A stretch of DNA of 64,000 bases from Obrimoposthia wandeli (lineage: Eukaryota). Within the stretch, counting starts at the first letter, position 1. Each line of letters opens with the position of its first letter. Positions 44,401 to 57,769 of this stretch are shown piece by piece. Where the stretch lies: positions 372,001 to 436,000 of the forward strand of contig CDROCS010000774.1 of NCBI GenBank assembly GCA_977020255.1, read 5' to 3'. Position numbers and translations under genes: made by a program. Under the pieces are notes generated by a model. It saw nothing but the letters and a program-made list of their open reading frames with translations, made no database searches and was not told the DNA's origin.

Positions 44401-47400
44401 AGTAGTAAGGCTTGGATCCCAAAACTATATCAATCTTACTAAAATATTCGTTTTAAGAATCAAGAAAATCAAGAATATCATGAAAACAACTAGAAATTAT
44501 TGTAAGTATGTATGATACATCTCTCTAAATTAACTTGTGTTTTACTATCAAATGGTTAAATCGATGATAATATCTGGTCGTAATATTTTGTCCTTGTGTT
44601 TTAAAAATTATTTACATGATTTTCCCAATTCTTTACTGTTTAATATTCCAACTTATCATTTAAATAACTTGCCAAAAATTTAGACAAAACAATAAATATT
44701 ATATTCAAATTAAAGGAAATAGCTAGTACAAGTTAACATTTGTATAAAGCTTCTTTAGCTGCCGAAAGATGCCAAAATTGAATTCAAGCTCCTACTTATT
44801 ATCAAAAAAAGTATTATCTTACAGAAGTCCAAATAATTATGTGATTTTCTCGAGTTTGGTGTAATGAGCATGTTAGGAGTAACGATGATGACTGCAGATA
44901 GGTTAAGAAATTAACAAATAATAAACAGAGTGATGGAATATTTGAAAATTATGCACAGATTCTTTACAACAATCTACTGACGAATATAAGAAACCATTAT
45001 AATGTTGGAAAATGAAAGAAGGATCCGAAGACTTTGTTATTCAAAAAATATTACGATATTATCGCTATATTAAATATATTATGGTTAATTAGTGTATAAT
45101 CCTCAGTGTACAATAATCGATATTATGACTTAAAAAATATGAAATGGGTAAAATGTGCGGATTAAGGTCAATTTCTCACATCCATCTCAGCATTGGATAT
45201 CTCACAGGCAGACCCGATGCCGACACAGAGGCTAGCAGGCAGAGTACCGCTACGCATTCCTCTCTCCTGCCCGCCGCCACTCTGGATAGCCTCCAGTCGT
45301 ACGCGGGGTCGGCGTCTCACGTACAGAGCTCCAATTCCTTTCGGACCGTAAATCTTGTGGCCGCTGATGGACATCAAGTCGATCTGCAATAGTTAAAATT
45401 TATAAAATTTATTATTATTATTGCTACATTCAATTTTCTACTTTATCGAATAAAATACTAGTTTACTAATAAAATTGAATCTACTTTATTTCCAGCAAAA
45501 GACAAAGAGTAAAAACAAAGAAAGGTGTGCAAAAGCTTAGGAAAATTAGAAAAACATCCTCAACTACTTAAAAAATTATGAATATAGATGACCTAGAGCT
45601 CAAATTATTATGTTACATTTCGTCAATGGGAAGTTTCTAAAGAGAATAAGTGCAGAAAAGCATCTTTTGATGAGTAATATTGTAAAAAATAATAAAAAGT
45701 AAAAACTGTTTACCGTCTACAACAAGTCGGTATTTTGACTTCCTGGGTTTATGGAGATGACTTTTTAGAAAGAAAACACTCAAAGATAAGATAATAAAAA
45801 TCTCAAACGAAATCTATCAAGGGTAGTTGAGTCCAAATCGCCAAAACTGGAGACTGTTATTAAAGTCGATGGCAACTTTTTTCAACACTTGTAACATTTT
45901 TAATTGTCATTTATACTATTTTATTCAGTGAATGTAAAATATATTTTAAAATGTAGCTTAAAGTAAATTACAAATTGCCAAAAAGATTTGGATTTTAGCC
46001 TTCATAACACTAATATTATCAGTAATGTAGTTTGTTTTTTATTGGTAAATTATGAATTAGACCCCATTGCATAATAACGGCAATCTAGGGGTTTAAAATA
46101 AAATTTTCCACTAGAAATAGTAACTTACAGAAATTAAGCTAATTAAATAAAAATCAACTGACTTGGAAAAAGCACGAAACAACTTGTTTAAAAGTGATTG
46201 AAAACTAGAAATTTAATTATAAGTTTTATTTTTATCCTCCAAGTAGTTGTCGTCATTCGAGTGGAAAGAGTGATAAAGAAAAACACACCTTCATGTCATC
46301 CACATCCATTGGGATTTTCCCAACAGCTTGTGCTGCGTCTGTATGGAAAAATATCTTCTTGTTGCGACATATTTCTCCAATCTCTTTCATGGGTTGCTTG
46401 ACACCGATTTCATTGTTTATAGTCATGATCGATACTAATGCTGTGTCAGGTCGAAGAGCTTTCTCGAATTCCTGAAATCATAATTTTTAAAACCAAAATA
46501 ACAGTCAGACGAAAATACGTATATAGCTACATATATTCAATAATTATTTAACCTACAGATATACTCAAAACTATGCTGAAATATTTACATAGTTCATAAA
46601 TCAAAAAAATAAAATCTAAAGATTTTTTAATATTTGTTTCTTTCATTTCTACCTTTAAACTAGTTTTTATTCACGTTTAAGATGTCAATTGATGGTTGTT
46701 GTGTTCTTAAAAACTGACTAATCATCAATTCATTGACATCACTATAGAATATTTGATATCAACAGTGATAACCCTACTGTTAGGCCAGTTCTAGTAAGAT
46801 CATTCGCCCCAAAAAATAAAATTACTAGAATCTTCACATTTAAATTTTATTCCAACCACAATTTTTAACTTACGTTAATGTTGATTTTAAAAAAAACGCG
46901 TATGTAATAAATTATAAAGAATACTAAGTTCATGTATATATAGCTAAGTTCATATCAATCAATTTCCCTTGACTGATCCAGAAAAGTAAACATAACATAA
47001 CTCAGAAATGAAACAAAAATACGCTAATGTAAAGTCAACTAAGTGTTCAATTCCATTTTTTTCAGATGGGAAATATCTTTCTTTACTTTCTGCAGTTGGG
47101 TTTCTAGGCGAGATGTTATCTGCTCTTTCTCTTGTATCAGTTTAACTCATGCATCTTTGTAGATATAATTATTTCGTCTATCTTACTTTTTCCTTGTAAA
47201 AAAAAATAATAATCCGAATACATATCAGATAGCTTTAAAATACAATTGATAATGTAATTAAAGAATTGAAATTCTTTTGGAGATTAATTTATTTTTATGA
47301 ATTGATTGTTCTAGAGCACGAATCCAATGTTTGGGAAAGTAGTGAAGAACTCAGCTCATATTAAATGACACATTCGAGAACTACGTTACACAATCTTTGA

Positions 47401-50136
47401 AGTACAGAGTAATAGAAATTATTTGTAGTTGACATAAAATGTTTTATTTCAGTGATATGTTATGATATACTCTAATTTACCAAATCTCAAATATTATTGT
47501 TTTTATTTTAGTAAAAATTGTAATAGGAATAGCATAACAATATAAAGTAGATCAAATCCTCTAAGAACAATCTTCAAAAGTAGCTGTTAACTGCATTGAT
47601 TACGTTAAGCTGATTATCCAAAAATAGTTTCAATAAAAAGTAATAGAAATTTTGTATTTTTTACGGGGTAAGATTTTTTTGTGAATTTTATAAATCGAAC
47701 ATCAGAAACCAAAAATTTTACAAATGTGGAATGATGTTTTGTGAGTTTCCTTAATAAAACTCAGATACAATAAATTTATAAACAAGATTCAGAATTGTCT
47801 TTGCTTTCTAACGTCATGAAAACATTTAATGAGCTGGTAAAGTTCTGAAAGTCTAAAAAGGAGAGTTTCATAATCGAGTTTTACTTCAAAATAATATTAT
47901 TATAATAAATTCTGCTTAATAAAATATTGAAATCAGAAAAAAGATTTTTAAAAATTTAACGCTTTTGAAATTAAATGGATTTCAACTTCTTAAATAAGTA
48001 AACGTAAATAAAAAACGTAAAATGATGTTCAAATATTGATGATACTCACTGTTATGTCAATAAGACCATTCGTTTTAACTGGCAAGTAAGTAATCTCAAA
48101 TCCTTCTTCGGATAGAGCCCGACAAGAATCCAGAACGCATTTATGTTCCTAAACAGAAATAAAAAATAATTGTAGATGGATAAATTGTACATATATAAAA
48201 AAGAGAATATCCGAAAATTTCTCAAACTAAATACTTAAATTAATATACCAAATTCCGATTGTTGAATTGTCATTTTGAAAAGATTTTAATTTTATGTTTT
48301 TAATGCTGTTCATATTACACAATGGTAAATGCAAATTTCAAAGAACAAATCAAGCCTAAAAGATATTCACTATTAAAGTGTTTTTAATATATTTTTCTGT
48401 AATTCTGTAAGTCCTATTCCATTATCATTTCGAAGAACTTGAACAAGACAGTGAAGCAGAAAAAGAATCTACACCAATCACAACAAAGTTTTTTCTAAAC
48501 CTTCAATTTTCTGGCAAACTAGAAAATCATTTATAAATAAATTATGATTAAACTGAATGAGCTTTACAATTTTAAAATCAGCTTAAATCTTGAAAACATA
48601 AACGTATCATTTTAACTTCTTTTTTTTAAATCGATAACGAAACTCTCGTAAAAATTGATCAGCAACGAGCATATGAAGAGGAGCATTATCTCTGTTAATG
48701 CTTGTTTTTATAGTTTAATAACTTTTAATTATTTTATCATATGTAAGTATCGATATTTATTCAGTCCACAACGAATTACAATTAAACCCATTAAATAATG
48801 CATCAAACAGTGCGGGACAATTATGGCACGAATTACCCGCACTGTTCGGGTATTACTGTATTTTGATTTATTTTATACCTTGTTGAAGTTTTGTGCGATA
48901 TTTGGTATGTATAAAACAAATCTCTTATTTTTATATAGAAAGCTATATATTTTAATGCGTTTTTGTGTGCAGATTTATATGGAACGCTTCAACCGTATAA
49001 AAATAGAATTCAGTGTATTCCTACATAGACACAAAAAACTTATTTACAAAATTAAATAATCAATATAAAGCAGTTTAAAATGAATAGATAAAAAGTATTT
49101 TGGTAATTTTAATCATTGGAATCATTGGACAAAAATTGGTTTTCACTCTTAAAATAGTCATAATTTCTGTGCAACAGTATCCAGCTTTCTAAATGAGACT
49201 ATTTTATCATTATCCAGTTAAAGAAAAGTATTAGTGTATTTTGATATCCTTGAATCATAAGATAAATAAATATAAAAATAATATTTCAACTCATTAAAAA
49301 TTGAAGACAATAATTTTGTTGTGTTCCTCATTAATAATTATATCTCAATCTTAAAACAGTCGATATTTGTAAACCATATATTCATTTAATAAGCATCAAT
49401 TATGATTTTTTTCTAATTAAAATAATTTCATAATAAAATATTTAAGATAATAACTACAAAAAGTAGCTGTGATAAACGAAAATAAGCTATTAGTTTTTGG
49501 TTAATGTTGATATTAGTATTTTGTTCATATCCTCAAAACGTATAAATGTGCACAGCAAGTAAAATAATTTTTGACCTGTCTGGTGACTATTTTATAGATA
49601 TACAAATAATTATAATAACAAATAATTATCAATTATACACTTGAAAGTTTATTTATTATTTTGCAAATAATTAAATGTAATTAAATTTAAGAAAATATAC
49701 CATAACGTACAGTCTGTGTAGTCACAATATGACGTTTGTTTTCTTTATAAAATCTAGCAACACCTTTCACTGCAATATTGTTACTTTCAGTAGCACCACT
49801 AGTAAATATAATTTCCTTTGCATTGGCTCCAATTAGGTCAGCGACTTGCTAAAATACACTTTAAAATGTAAATTTCTACAATTAAAGAAAACTTTTCTGG
49901 CTTTTTCAACCGCAATTTCACTTTCCCAACCATAAGCATGACTTCTTGAATGAGGGTTCCCAAATAAGTCTAAATAAAAGGGCATCATCGCATCTAATAC
50001 ACGAGGATCCTAAAAATATGTAAATAATAAATATAATATTAGATAAAACCATAGGTGTTGTAGCAAGATTATCTAAATATAAAGGACGGACACCTCTTGC
50101 TGTTTTTCCTAAAATTAGTTTGAATAAATTTCTCAT
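38429..50136 (-). CDS. NFS1: Cysteine desulfurase, mitochondrial (9 exons, 417 aa): join complement(50050-50136, 49893-50009, 49711-49848, 48050-48148, 46289-46471, 45180-45383, 41418-41605, 39421-39594, 38429-38492)
   Basis: All introns are GT-AG and the phases are consistent (1254 nt). Motifs [60 protein letters not shown] (PLP lysine), [17 protein letters not shown] (catalytic Cys) and C-terminal [21 protein letters not shown]. Confidence 0.97.
38745..39030 (-). mobile_element. Mariner transposase remnant in NFS1 intron 8
   Basis: [34 protein letters not shown] and PYSPD. Confidence 0.85.
43893..44345 (-). pseudogene. Degenerate, internally deleted 18S rRNA fragment in NFS1 intron 6
   Basis: caggttcacctatggaaacc..ttttacttcctc (18S 3' end), attcaatcggtagtagc and ctttaatata..tggagctgggattacaacggctgctggcacc match universal SSU motifs in reverse complement with many substitutions. 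Confidence 0.88.
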
Positions 50137-52308
50137 TAATTTTACCTAAATTAGCAGTTGAAAAACAGCATTGTCTGATTTTAGGATAATTTCGTGATAA
50201 AAATTTGAACATTTTTGAATTTTTATTCAATGAAAATTAGTATTAAAACAAACACAATAAAGACACTAACATTTATTTATTTATTATAAAATGTCAGTGT
50301 TATATACAAATGCTGCCAAACATTTGCTATAAAAATAATCACCTGATTAATTTAAAAAATTAGTATAAATTATAATTTTATATAAATTGATAATCAGTCT
50401 ACAGAAACGTTTTGTAAGTAGGTTTAAAAATATGCGTAAAAAAAATTTTTCTGAGAATTTTACAGTTTAAATGTGCTTATTTATAAAGATATTTTGAAAT
50501 TTATATTAATAAAAATTTGAAAATATATTTAATTTTTGGTCAAATTAAGGGTAGAACCGCCGTTGGAATATAATATATCCGTATGTTTTGTGTAATATTA
50601 AGTGCAAATAGTTTTATTGGAATGATCTAGTCGGACAGGATGGTTTCTGTTTATTTTATAGTTTAAATGTGCTTATTTATAAAGATATTTGTATATGTAT
50701 ATCTAAATTTTGTATTTAACCATTTGGTTTTAATTTAGACTAATTTTTTACAATGAAAACAAGAGTCCTGTTTGTTGGGTTTTATTCAAATGAACAATAA
50801 ATTAACCCAATCATTTGTATGTCAAACAGTACAATTTTACATTAATTTGTCAAAATTCATTGCATCGAAGCAATTCATCAAAAGATTAATCAAAATCATT
50901 CCATAGTTAAAATATTACTAATTGACAATTATTCATGAAAATTGTAGCATTAAACAGTACAATTTTGCATTAATTAGTGTGAATTTGTATTGGTTTTGAT
51001 AAAAGTAAGAGATAAATTAATCTGAGGTGACCAAGTAGTTGATCGTTTTATCCTGCTCTTCAGGTGATCAGATGGTATAATTATATATAACTTCGCAAAC
51101 ACCGTGAAGCCAGAGATAATCATGACAGTAAAAAAATTAAAATATGGATTCGATCACAGATGGAGTAGACCACTATGGGCCAATTCGATCTACAATCAAT
51201 GCACCAAAAATAGGAAAATATGTTAACCAATTAAAAATCATCCTGGACAGCCCAAGAATATACTGTCCAGGTTGATGCTCTAGCTTCAGTCTCCTTTGTT
51301 GTCTCTACTGTGTATCCCTCTCATCTCCACAGCATCGTCGCTGTCTCTCTACCGTCGTCCATCGCCCCAAATTCTTGCTGAATTATCCCTATTGACACTT
51401 GACACGATTTCACTTTCTCTCATGCTGCTGTTCCTACTTCTAGAAACAAATCGTGTATATTTGCGACAATATCCTCTAACTACCTCTTCCTGTAATATTG
51501 TGTGTTTGTTCTTGCCTCACGTCTCTCTCTCTATCCTTATCTTCAGTGACTACTAGGAGTCTTTCGATATGTTGGCTCAACATTGATTAAATTTCGCTGT
51601 AATCATCCCTCTCCAAACACACTCATCTCTCATTTGACTCCATGTCTTCTCCCTACATCTTGCAATTCTCTAAATCATTTGGTATTGCCTTTTCTGGTTT
51701 ATAGCTAATAAAAGAGAAGCACTTCTAGAATTTCTGCCACAAATTTTATAAACACTCTTTTAGAAATTTCATTTTGAATTTGTCACAAGTCTTGGAATTC
51801 AAACTTATAATCACAAATTACTGGAATCACAATTTAGCCTCAATTGAAAATATTTTTTAAAGTCTTTTAAATATAAATTATAGGAATTCCAATAGTACCA
51901 TAACAAATAAACAATTATTATAGTGAAGCCGTCTGATAAAAATATAACCATTGGGTTTCAAATTATATCTTTGCCATTTGTTCATGAAAGTTTAAAATAT
52001 TAACAATTTTATAAAAGCACTCTAATTTCATATTTCAAATACAAGTGTCAAATGTAAAGTATCTAATGCCAACGAGTTGTCGGATTTACTCAAAAATCAC
52101 TGTGAAACAGCACCGTATTTGTCCATAGAGTTCAAACTCCCCTTCTGTTGAAAACAAGGTAACCGTATATCAAACTTTTATTAATTTTCAAAAATTACCA
52201 AAACGCGTTTTATTCTTGCCTTGAATAAATTTGATACGAGTATCTTGTTATTTAATTAGATTACCTAATGATACCTGTTTATACCCAATTAACTTTGTCG
52301 CCTTAAAA

Positions 52309-52697
52309 TCCTTTCGGACCGTCAATCTTGTGGCCGCTGATGAACATCAGGTCGATCTGCAATAGTTAAAATTTATAAAATTTATATCATTATTGCTACA
52401 TTTAATTTTCTACTTTATCGAATAAAATACTAGTTTACTAATAAAATTTAATCTACTTGATTTCCAACAAAAGACAAAGAGTAAAAACAAAGAAAGATGT
52501 GCAAAAGCTTAGGAAAATTAGAAAACATCCTTAACTGCTTAAAAAATTCTAAAATTATATACTGCAACTTGACCTAGTGATATAATATTTAGAAAATTAT
52601 GAATATAGATGACCTAGAGCTCAAATTATTATGTTACATTTCGTCAATGGGAAGTTTCTAAAGAGAATAAGTGCAGAAAAGCATCTTTTGATGAGTA
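52309..52697 (-). pseudogene. Duplicated piece of NFS1 exon 6 start and adjacent intron 5
   Basis: Near-identical to 45335-45676 (tcctttcggaccgt..gatctgcaatag..gcatcttttgatgagta), with an insertion of about 50 bp. Confidence 0.9.
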
Positions 52698-53917
52698 GCT
52701 CGATGAATTTCTCTCTACTGTAATTGTGAGGAGATTGATGTTATTCTGTTTTATAAATTCTGCTGAAATCCATATAAACCATACAATTAGTTGGTTTTTC
52801 TTACTATAGCTTTAACAATATCTACTCATAGTATTTTATTTAATTTCTTTAATCTGTTATGGGTAGTGTAAAGTGTACTTTCTCACTCATAAACTCGTCA
52901 GCTCATCACCAACTCCCCAATCCTGAGCCAGACATAGATCACAGACTGGCTTTGATATATGTTTGGCTCGGATAATAGGTTCTGAGCTGATGATCTAATA
53001 AGCGGGAAAGCTCACCTTATATCTACTCAGGTAGAAACAACTTTCAGACATTTTGGGCGGTTTTTATGAGGATTTTCTCATCAAGAAAGAAGAATAGTCA
53101 AAATAACAATTAACATTTTAATTCCTAATAATTTACAAATGCAATATCTTATCTTATAAATTTTTTATGATTTTCAATTTTTAAAATATATGATAAATTG
53201 TATTGAATTGAAATATCATGATCTTCTTCATTTTCTTTTTTTCCTTGTAACTGCAGTATAAAAACTTCCGATGTCACTTTACACTTTCTTGCTCTCACAA
53301 CTTCAGCTGGTCCGGCTAATTGAATTTGTACTGGATTATCTCATTTCCGATTAATAATATGTCACGTTAATTAATTTTTCTCTACTTGAACTTAGTTGAA
53401 ATTGTCGGCAATTCATAGAAATGAAAGGAAAATTTATTTTCAAAGAATTCAAACATCGTTTTATATATCCTTGATTTATTTTTATTTTTCAATGATTCCA
53501 TAACATTTTTTGGCATCATTTATGCTAGTTTATAATTTGTACTACAGGAAACTCCGGTTTTAATGACTTCAGTAAAAATGATCAATACCCTATTTCCTTA
53601 CATGTATGTTTAAGTCTGATATATGAAATTTTGATGACATTTCAAAATGTTTTTGGCATGACCTACATATACGCATTGCCTTCATTTATGGGACAAATTT
53701 ATATGCATATTTAGATATCTGATCTGATCTGAGCAGATAATGACAGTGATAAGAAAGTTGTTGATGATTATGAAGAAAACAGGCCCTGCTTGTACGAAGA
53801 TACCCTGATATTCGATGAGCTAACCACACGCCATCTTCAGTTGACAATTGATGTCATTTTTTCCTGCCGGGATTCAACAAAAACAATTTTTCACTGAGTA
53901 ATAAAATTCAGATGGAA

Positions 53918-56173
53918 CTGAAATTTCGCAAGCAAGTTGTGATTGATGTCTGGCCCCCATTTCCAAAGTTTTATTTAAAAATATTTATTCCTTCCGGATA
54001 TATTCTTCCGCAAAGCCGGTTTTACCAGCATTTATACATTTCTAAAACTAAATATCGAAATTTCAATTTCCGGCTCGCGCAACTACCGAACACAAACCAC
54101 TGAAATTTTGCAAGCAAGTTATGATCAATGTCTGGCCACCATTTCCAAAGTTTCAATCAAAAATATTTATTCTTTCCGGAAATATTCTCCCGCAAAGCCG
54201 GTTCTACCAGCATTTATACATTTCTGAAAGTACATTTTATTAAGGGACTTCATAAATAATAAACCATCAAATTATCTATGTGTTCCCAGAGTCTTTTGAA
54301 GTGATTTTCAAAAAGGTAAAAAATGATTGGGAAATAGCTGCTGGGAATTTTAATCGGACTAAATCTCCTGGAGTTATGCGTAGACTGGCAACTTTGATGA
54401 GAAATCAAGAAAAAATCAACGACGATATTTTCAAGGAGTTGCTCAGCTATCAACAATGGGCGATTTCAGCAGATCAATCGTCTCGATTGTATAAGGGCTT
54501 CAAACAATCAGTTCGTATATCTGAATTCGGAGTTGTTGTTTTTTTGTGATAGACAGCTTCATTTATTGAATAGTCCCGTATTAAAACTAAATGCAACTGG
54601 CCAGTTAATCAAAAAAAACTAAATATAGAGAAGCGGATTCTGTTTTATTCAGCAGTAATTTCAAATCTAATAAAAGGCGAACCTCCAATTTCTGTAGGTG
54701 ATCTTATTACTGTAGAACATACAACATAATCAATATTGGACTTCTTATATAGACTAAGAAATTGCCATTGTCGTTTAATTGGCTGCAATATAGGAAAAGT
54801 CTACCCCATAAAACTTGTAGTAACATATATGAGTTGGGCATTAATTCATTACACATTACTTTCTTTTAGTAATACAAATATTGAAAAGTATCTGCATGCT
54901 ACATTCAACAGTTTACTTGATAAGGGTGTTGGTTCCGAAACGATCAATTGCAGAGTCTTTGTATGTTCCAATCACTTCCTGCATGTTGTATGTAGAAAAA
55001 CTCGTGTTTTTTAAGAATACAGACAAACACAAATATATTGGTTGTGCAATGGGTGCACTTATACAAGCGAGAACAATAAATCAAATGCAATGAATTGTTC
55101 ATAATGTCACGGCACTATTGATGTCCAAATATGAAACTGAAACAGTTAGTTGCGCAATAAATCATCTTAATGGTGAAAAAGATGGCACAGAGAAGTAGGT
55201 TTTAGAGAATAAAGAAAATGAAACAGAAGCTGTAGAAACCGAATATGCTATATTAGCCCACATTATGTACAGTCTGAACCACAGGTGCTACAGCATCCAT
55301 TCAAGTACGAAAATGTAGGAAATCAAAAGATAATATGGTTCGCTAAACATTGTTTATTATAATTATAATTCCTTCGTGGAGTTTGGTCATATAGGCCATA
55401 TTTGAGGGTTTCTTAACAACCTGGGGTACCCCTGTAGGCCAAACCAAGAGTGTCCCGACAAAGCGGTCTTCACCAGTCGCTAGAGGAGAGTCCATATACC
55501 TTAAGTACAGGATATATCTAAATATAAGAAAATGTCTACTTGAAAGTTTGAGTCCAAAGTTTGGCGAATTTGTCACTTCATGAACTTTTTGAGTAACTCA
55601 TTCCCGAGATGCTACCAATATATTTCATCATATATTTTTATATTCCTTATATACTATATAGATAATCAAAAATACGATGGTGCTATCCATATTGCTCCAT
55701 TGGGATTGAAAATTACCGAAAATGGACCTTGTAGTTCCATATTTTGACCATTTTAAGGCCTCATTGATATAACTTTGGCCACATAATATTCCTCGTATTG
55801 AAAACTTCCAAAATCATAGGTTAGAGTATTTTGAACACTACGAAAAGCCGCCTGTCAATAGGACTCATAGTTGAGGAGATCCGCATTGATCAACATCTCC
55901 CCCCACTCTATTAGAGATAAACGTACCACTCAGTGCAGATTATTTGGACAGTGCTTTGAAGTTGAAATTCACACAGAATGGATATATCAATAAGACAAAT
56001 GGAAATGACTATCATTGTTTATAAAAATTATTCATATAAATTATTCATGTATAAATGCAGGTAGAACCGGCTTTGCGGGAGAATATCTCCGGAAGGAATA
56101 AATATTTTTGAATTAAACTTTGAAAATGATGGCCAGACATCGATCACAACTTGATTGCCAAATGTCAGTGGTT
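53918..56173 (+). mobile_element. MULE-like DNA transposon relic with long inverted repeats
   Basis: ~125-bp repeat in two direct copies (53918-54043, 54096-54225) and one inverted copy (56048-56173). Internal broken ORF with a CxxH motif (RVFVCSNHFL). Family assignment is tentative. Confidence 0.55.
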
Positions 56174-56999
56174 TTCGTTTGGTGGTTTATTTGTTGTATT
56201 GCAATCATACTATTTAACTATTTGCTTTTAAACCATTTCATAACTTATTGAATTTAATTATATTCTGTTAAAAAGCTGTAAATGAAAAATACTAAAATTC
56301 TAAATTTTAATATTCTAAAAAGCTGCTTTATTTTAGGAAAATTGAGAAAATATTAATCTAAACGAGTAGATGAAAGATGGAGAATTTATCAATAAAACTT
56401 AGCAATAAATAAACAGAAACTTTCATATTTGGTAAATAGAAAACCAATTAAACCAAACAATTTATTATCAAAATATTCACGACGATATTTTATTTATTTT
56501 GTGTCACGATTTTAGTCTAATATTGTCAGAATTTTAAAGTTGAAATTTCTGATTTTTGAAAGTAATCTCTTATGAATCATTATAAATGTTTTTTATAACT
56601 TTAAGTGTACAAATCGCCATAGTTTTAAGTGAATTCGACAAGGGAAGAGATAATTGAGATGTTAAAATCTTGATTATAATCAGAATCGTTTCTACAAAAA
56701 TGTAATGTGATCCGACACAGTTCGAAAATGGTGGAGAATTTATCAACAGAAAACCAAGAAGCATAAAACTGCAAAAAAATAGAGCGAAACGATAGAATAT
56801 TGATAATTTCTGTGAAAAAATCGTTCTGCTTCAATTTTACGATTGTTAAGGAGCAATTATCCATATAACCAACTTTCTTACTCAATACGAACAGCTTATA
56901 GAAGAGTCCTACGTTGTGGATACAAGAGCTACAGATCACTTCAACTAATTCTGCTTAGTTTTCAATACAAAGCAATGGTGCGAAAAAATTTGTGACAAG

Positions 57000-57540
57000 G
57001 CCAATAGATTTTTGGAAGGGAGTGATGTAGTCCGTTCACGATTTATGATGGATATAAATAATAGAAAATTTCACGTTCGTTGTGTGCCAACAGAAAGGGT
57101 TTTTAGAGTCATTTATTGCTGAACACGATCATTATGGCGGCGGAAGCGTGATGATATGGGAAAGTTGCTGATATAAAGGAAGTGTTGCGATTGCAATAAA
57201 TGGAGAGAAATGGAGAGATATAATAAAGAAGGAATAATTCTGCATGTCGTCCTCAATATTGTTCATTAAAACAATTTAATTTTTCAGCAGGACAATGCAA
57301 GATCACATACGAGTCGTGTAGTAAGAATGACTTTTCAGAAACATAATATTGCATTGTTACCTTAGTCAGCACGATCTCCTGATTTGTCACCCATATGACT
57401 AACCAATATCAATCCATAAGCTAAAATAACGAATGGAATGAGATCCCTCAGGAGGTAATATGAAATCTAATTGAAAGTATACCGAGACGCCTACAGGAAT
57501 GTATTGAAATAAGACATCGTCATACACATACTAACAATTT
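57000..57540 (+). mobile_element. Tc1-type transposase remnant
   Basis: YGGGSVMIW, FQQDNARSHTSRVV, SARSPDLSP, IPRRLQECI. Confidence 0.88.
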
Positions 57541-57769
57541 TTAATCTAATTTAATTATGTTGTTCAAATATACACTGTTTTGTAAAATGTTTTTTATTAT
57601 TGCGTAAGTTTTTGTTGGCAATAAGCACATAAAATAAAAAAATATAATAATAATATAGTATTAATCAAAAATGTAATTTTACTAATTGTAATTTTTTGCT
57701 GATCACGATTTTAAATATAAAATAATTATTATATATAATTAGAATTTGGAATTAATTAACAAGAATTAA

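Noticed and set aside
48806-48846. Short hairpin aacagtgcggg...cccgcactgtt
   Set aside because: Isolated 41-bp inverted repeat in an intron, with no Helitron CTRR end or other supporting context.
49918-50136. 72-aa ORF-track protein as the NFS1 N-terminus
   Set aside because: It reads through the 40-bp intron at 50010-50049; the spliced frame restores DPRVLDAM.
51240-51720. Pyrimidine-rich coding-looking stretch upstream of NFS1
   Set aside because: Stops in the purine-rich strand and no recognisable motif; probably a decayed TE fragment.
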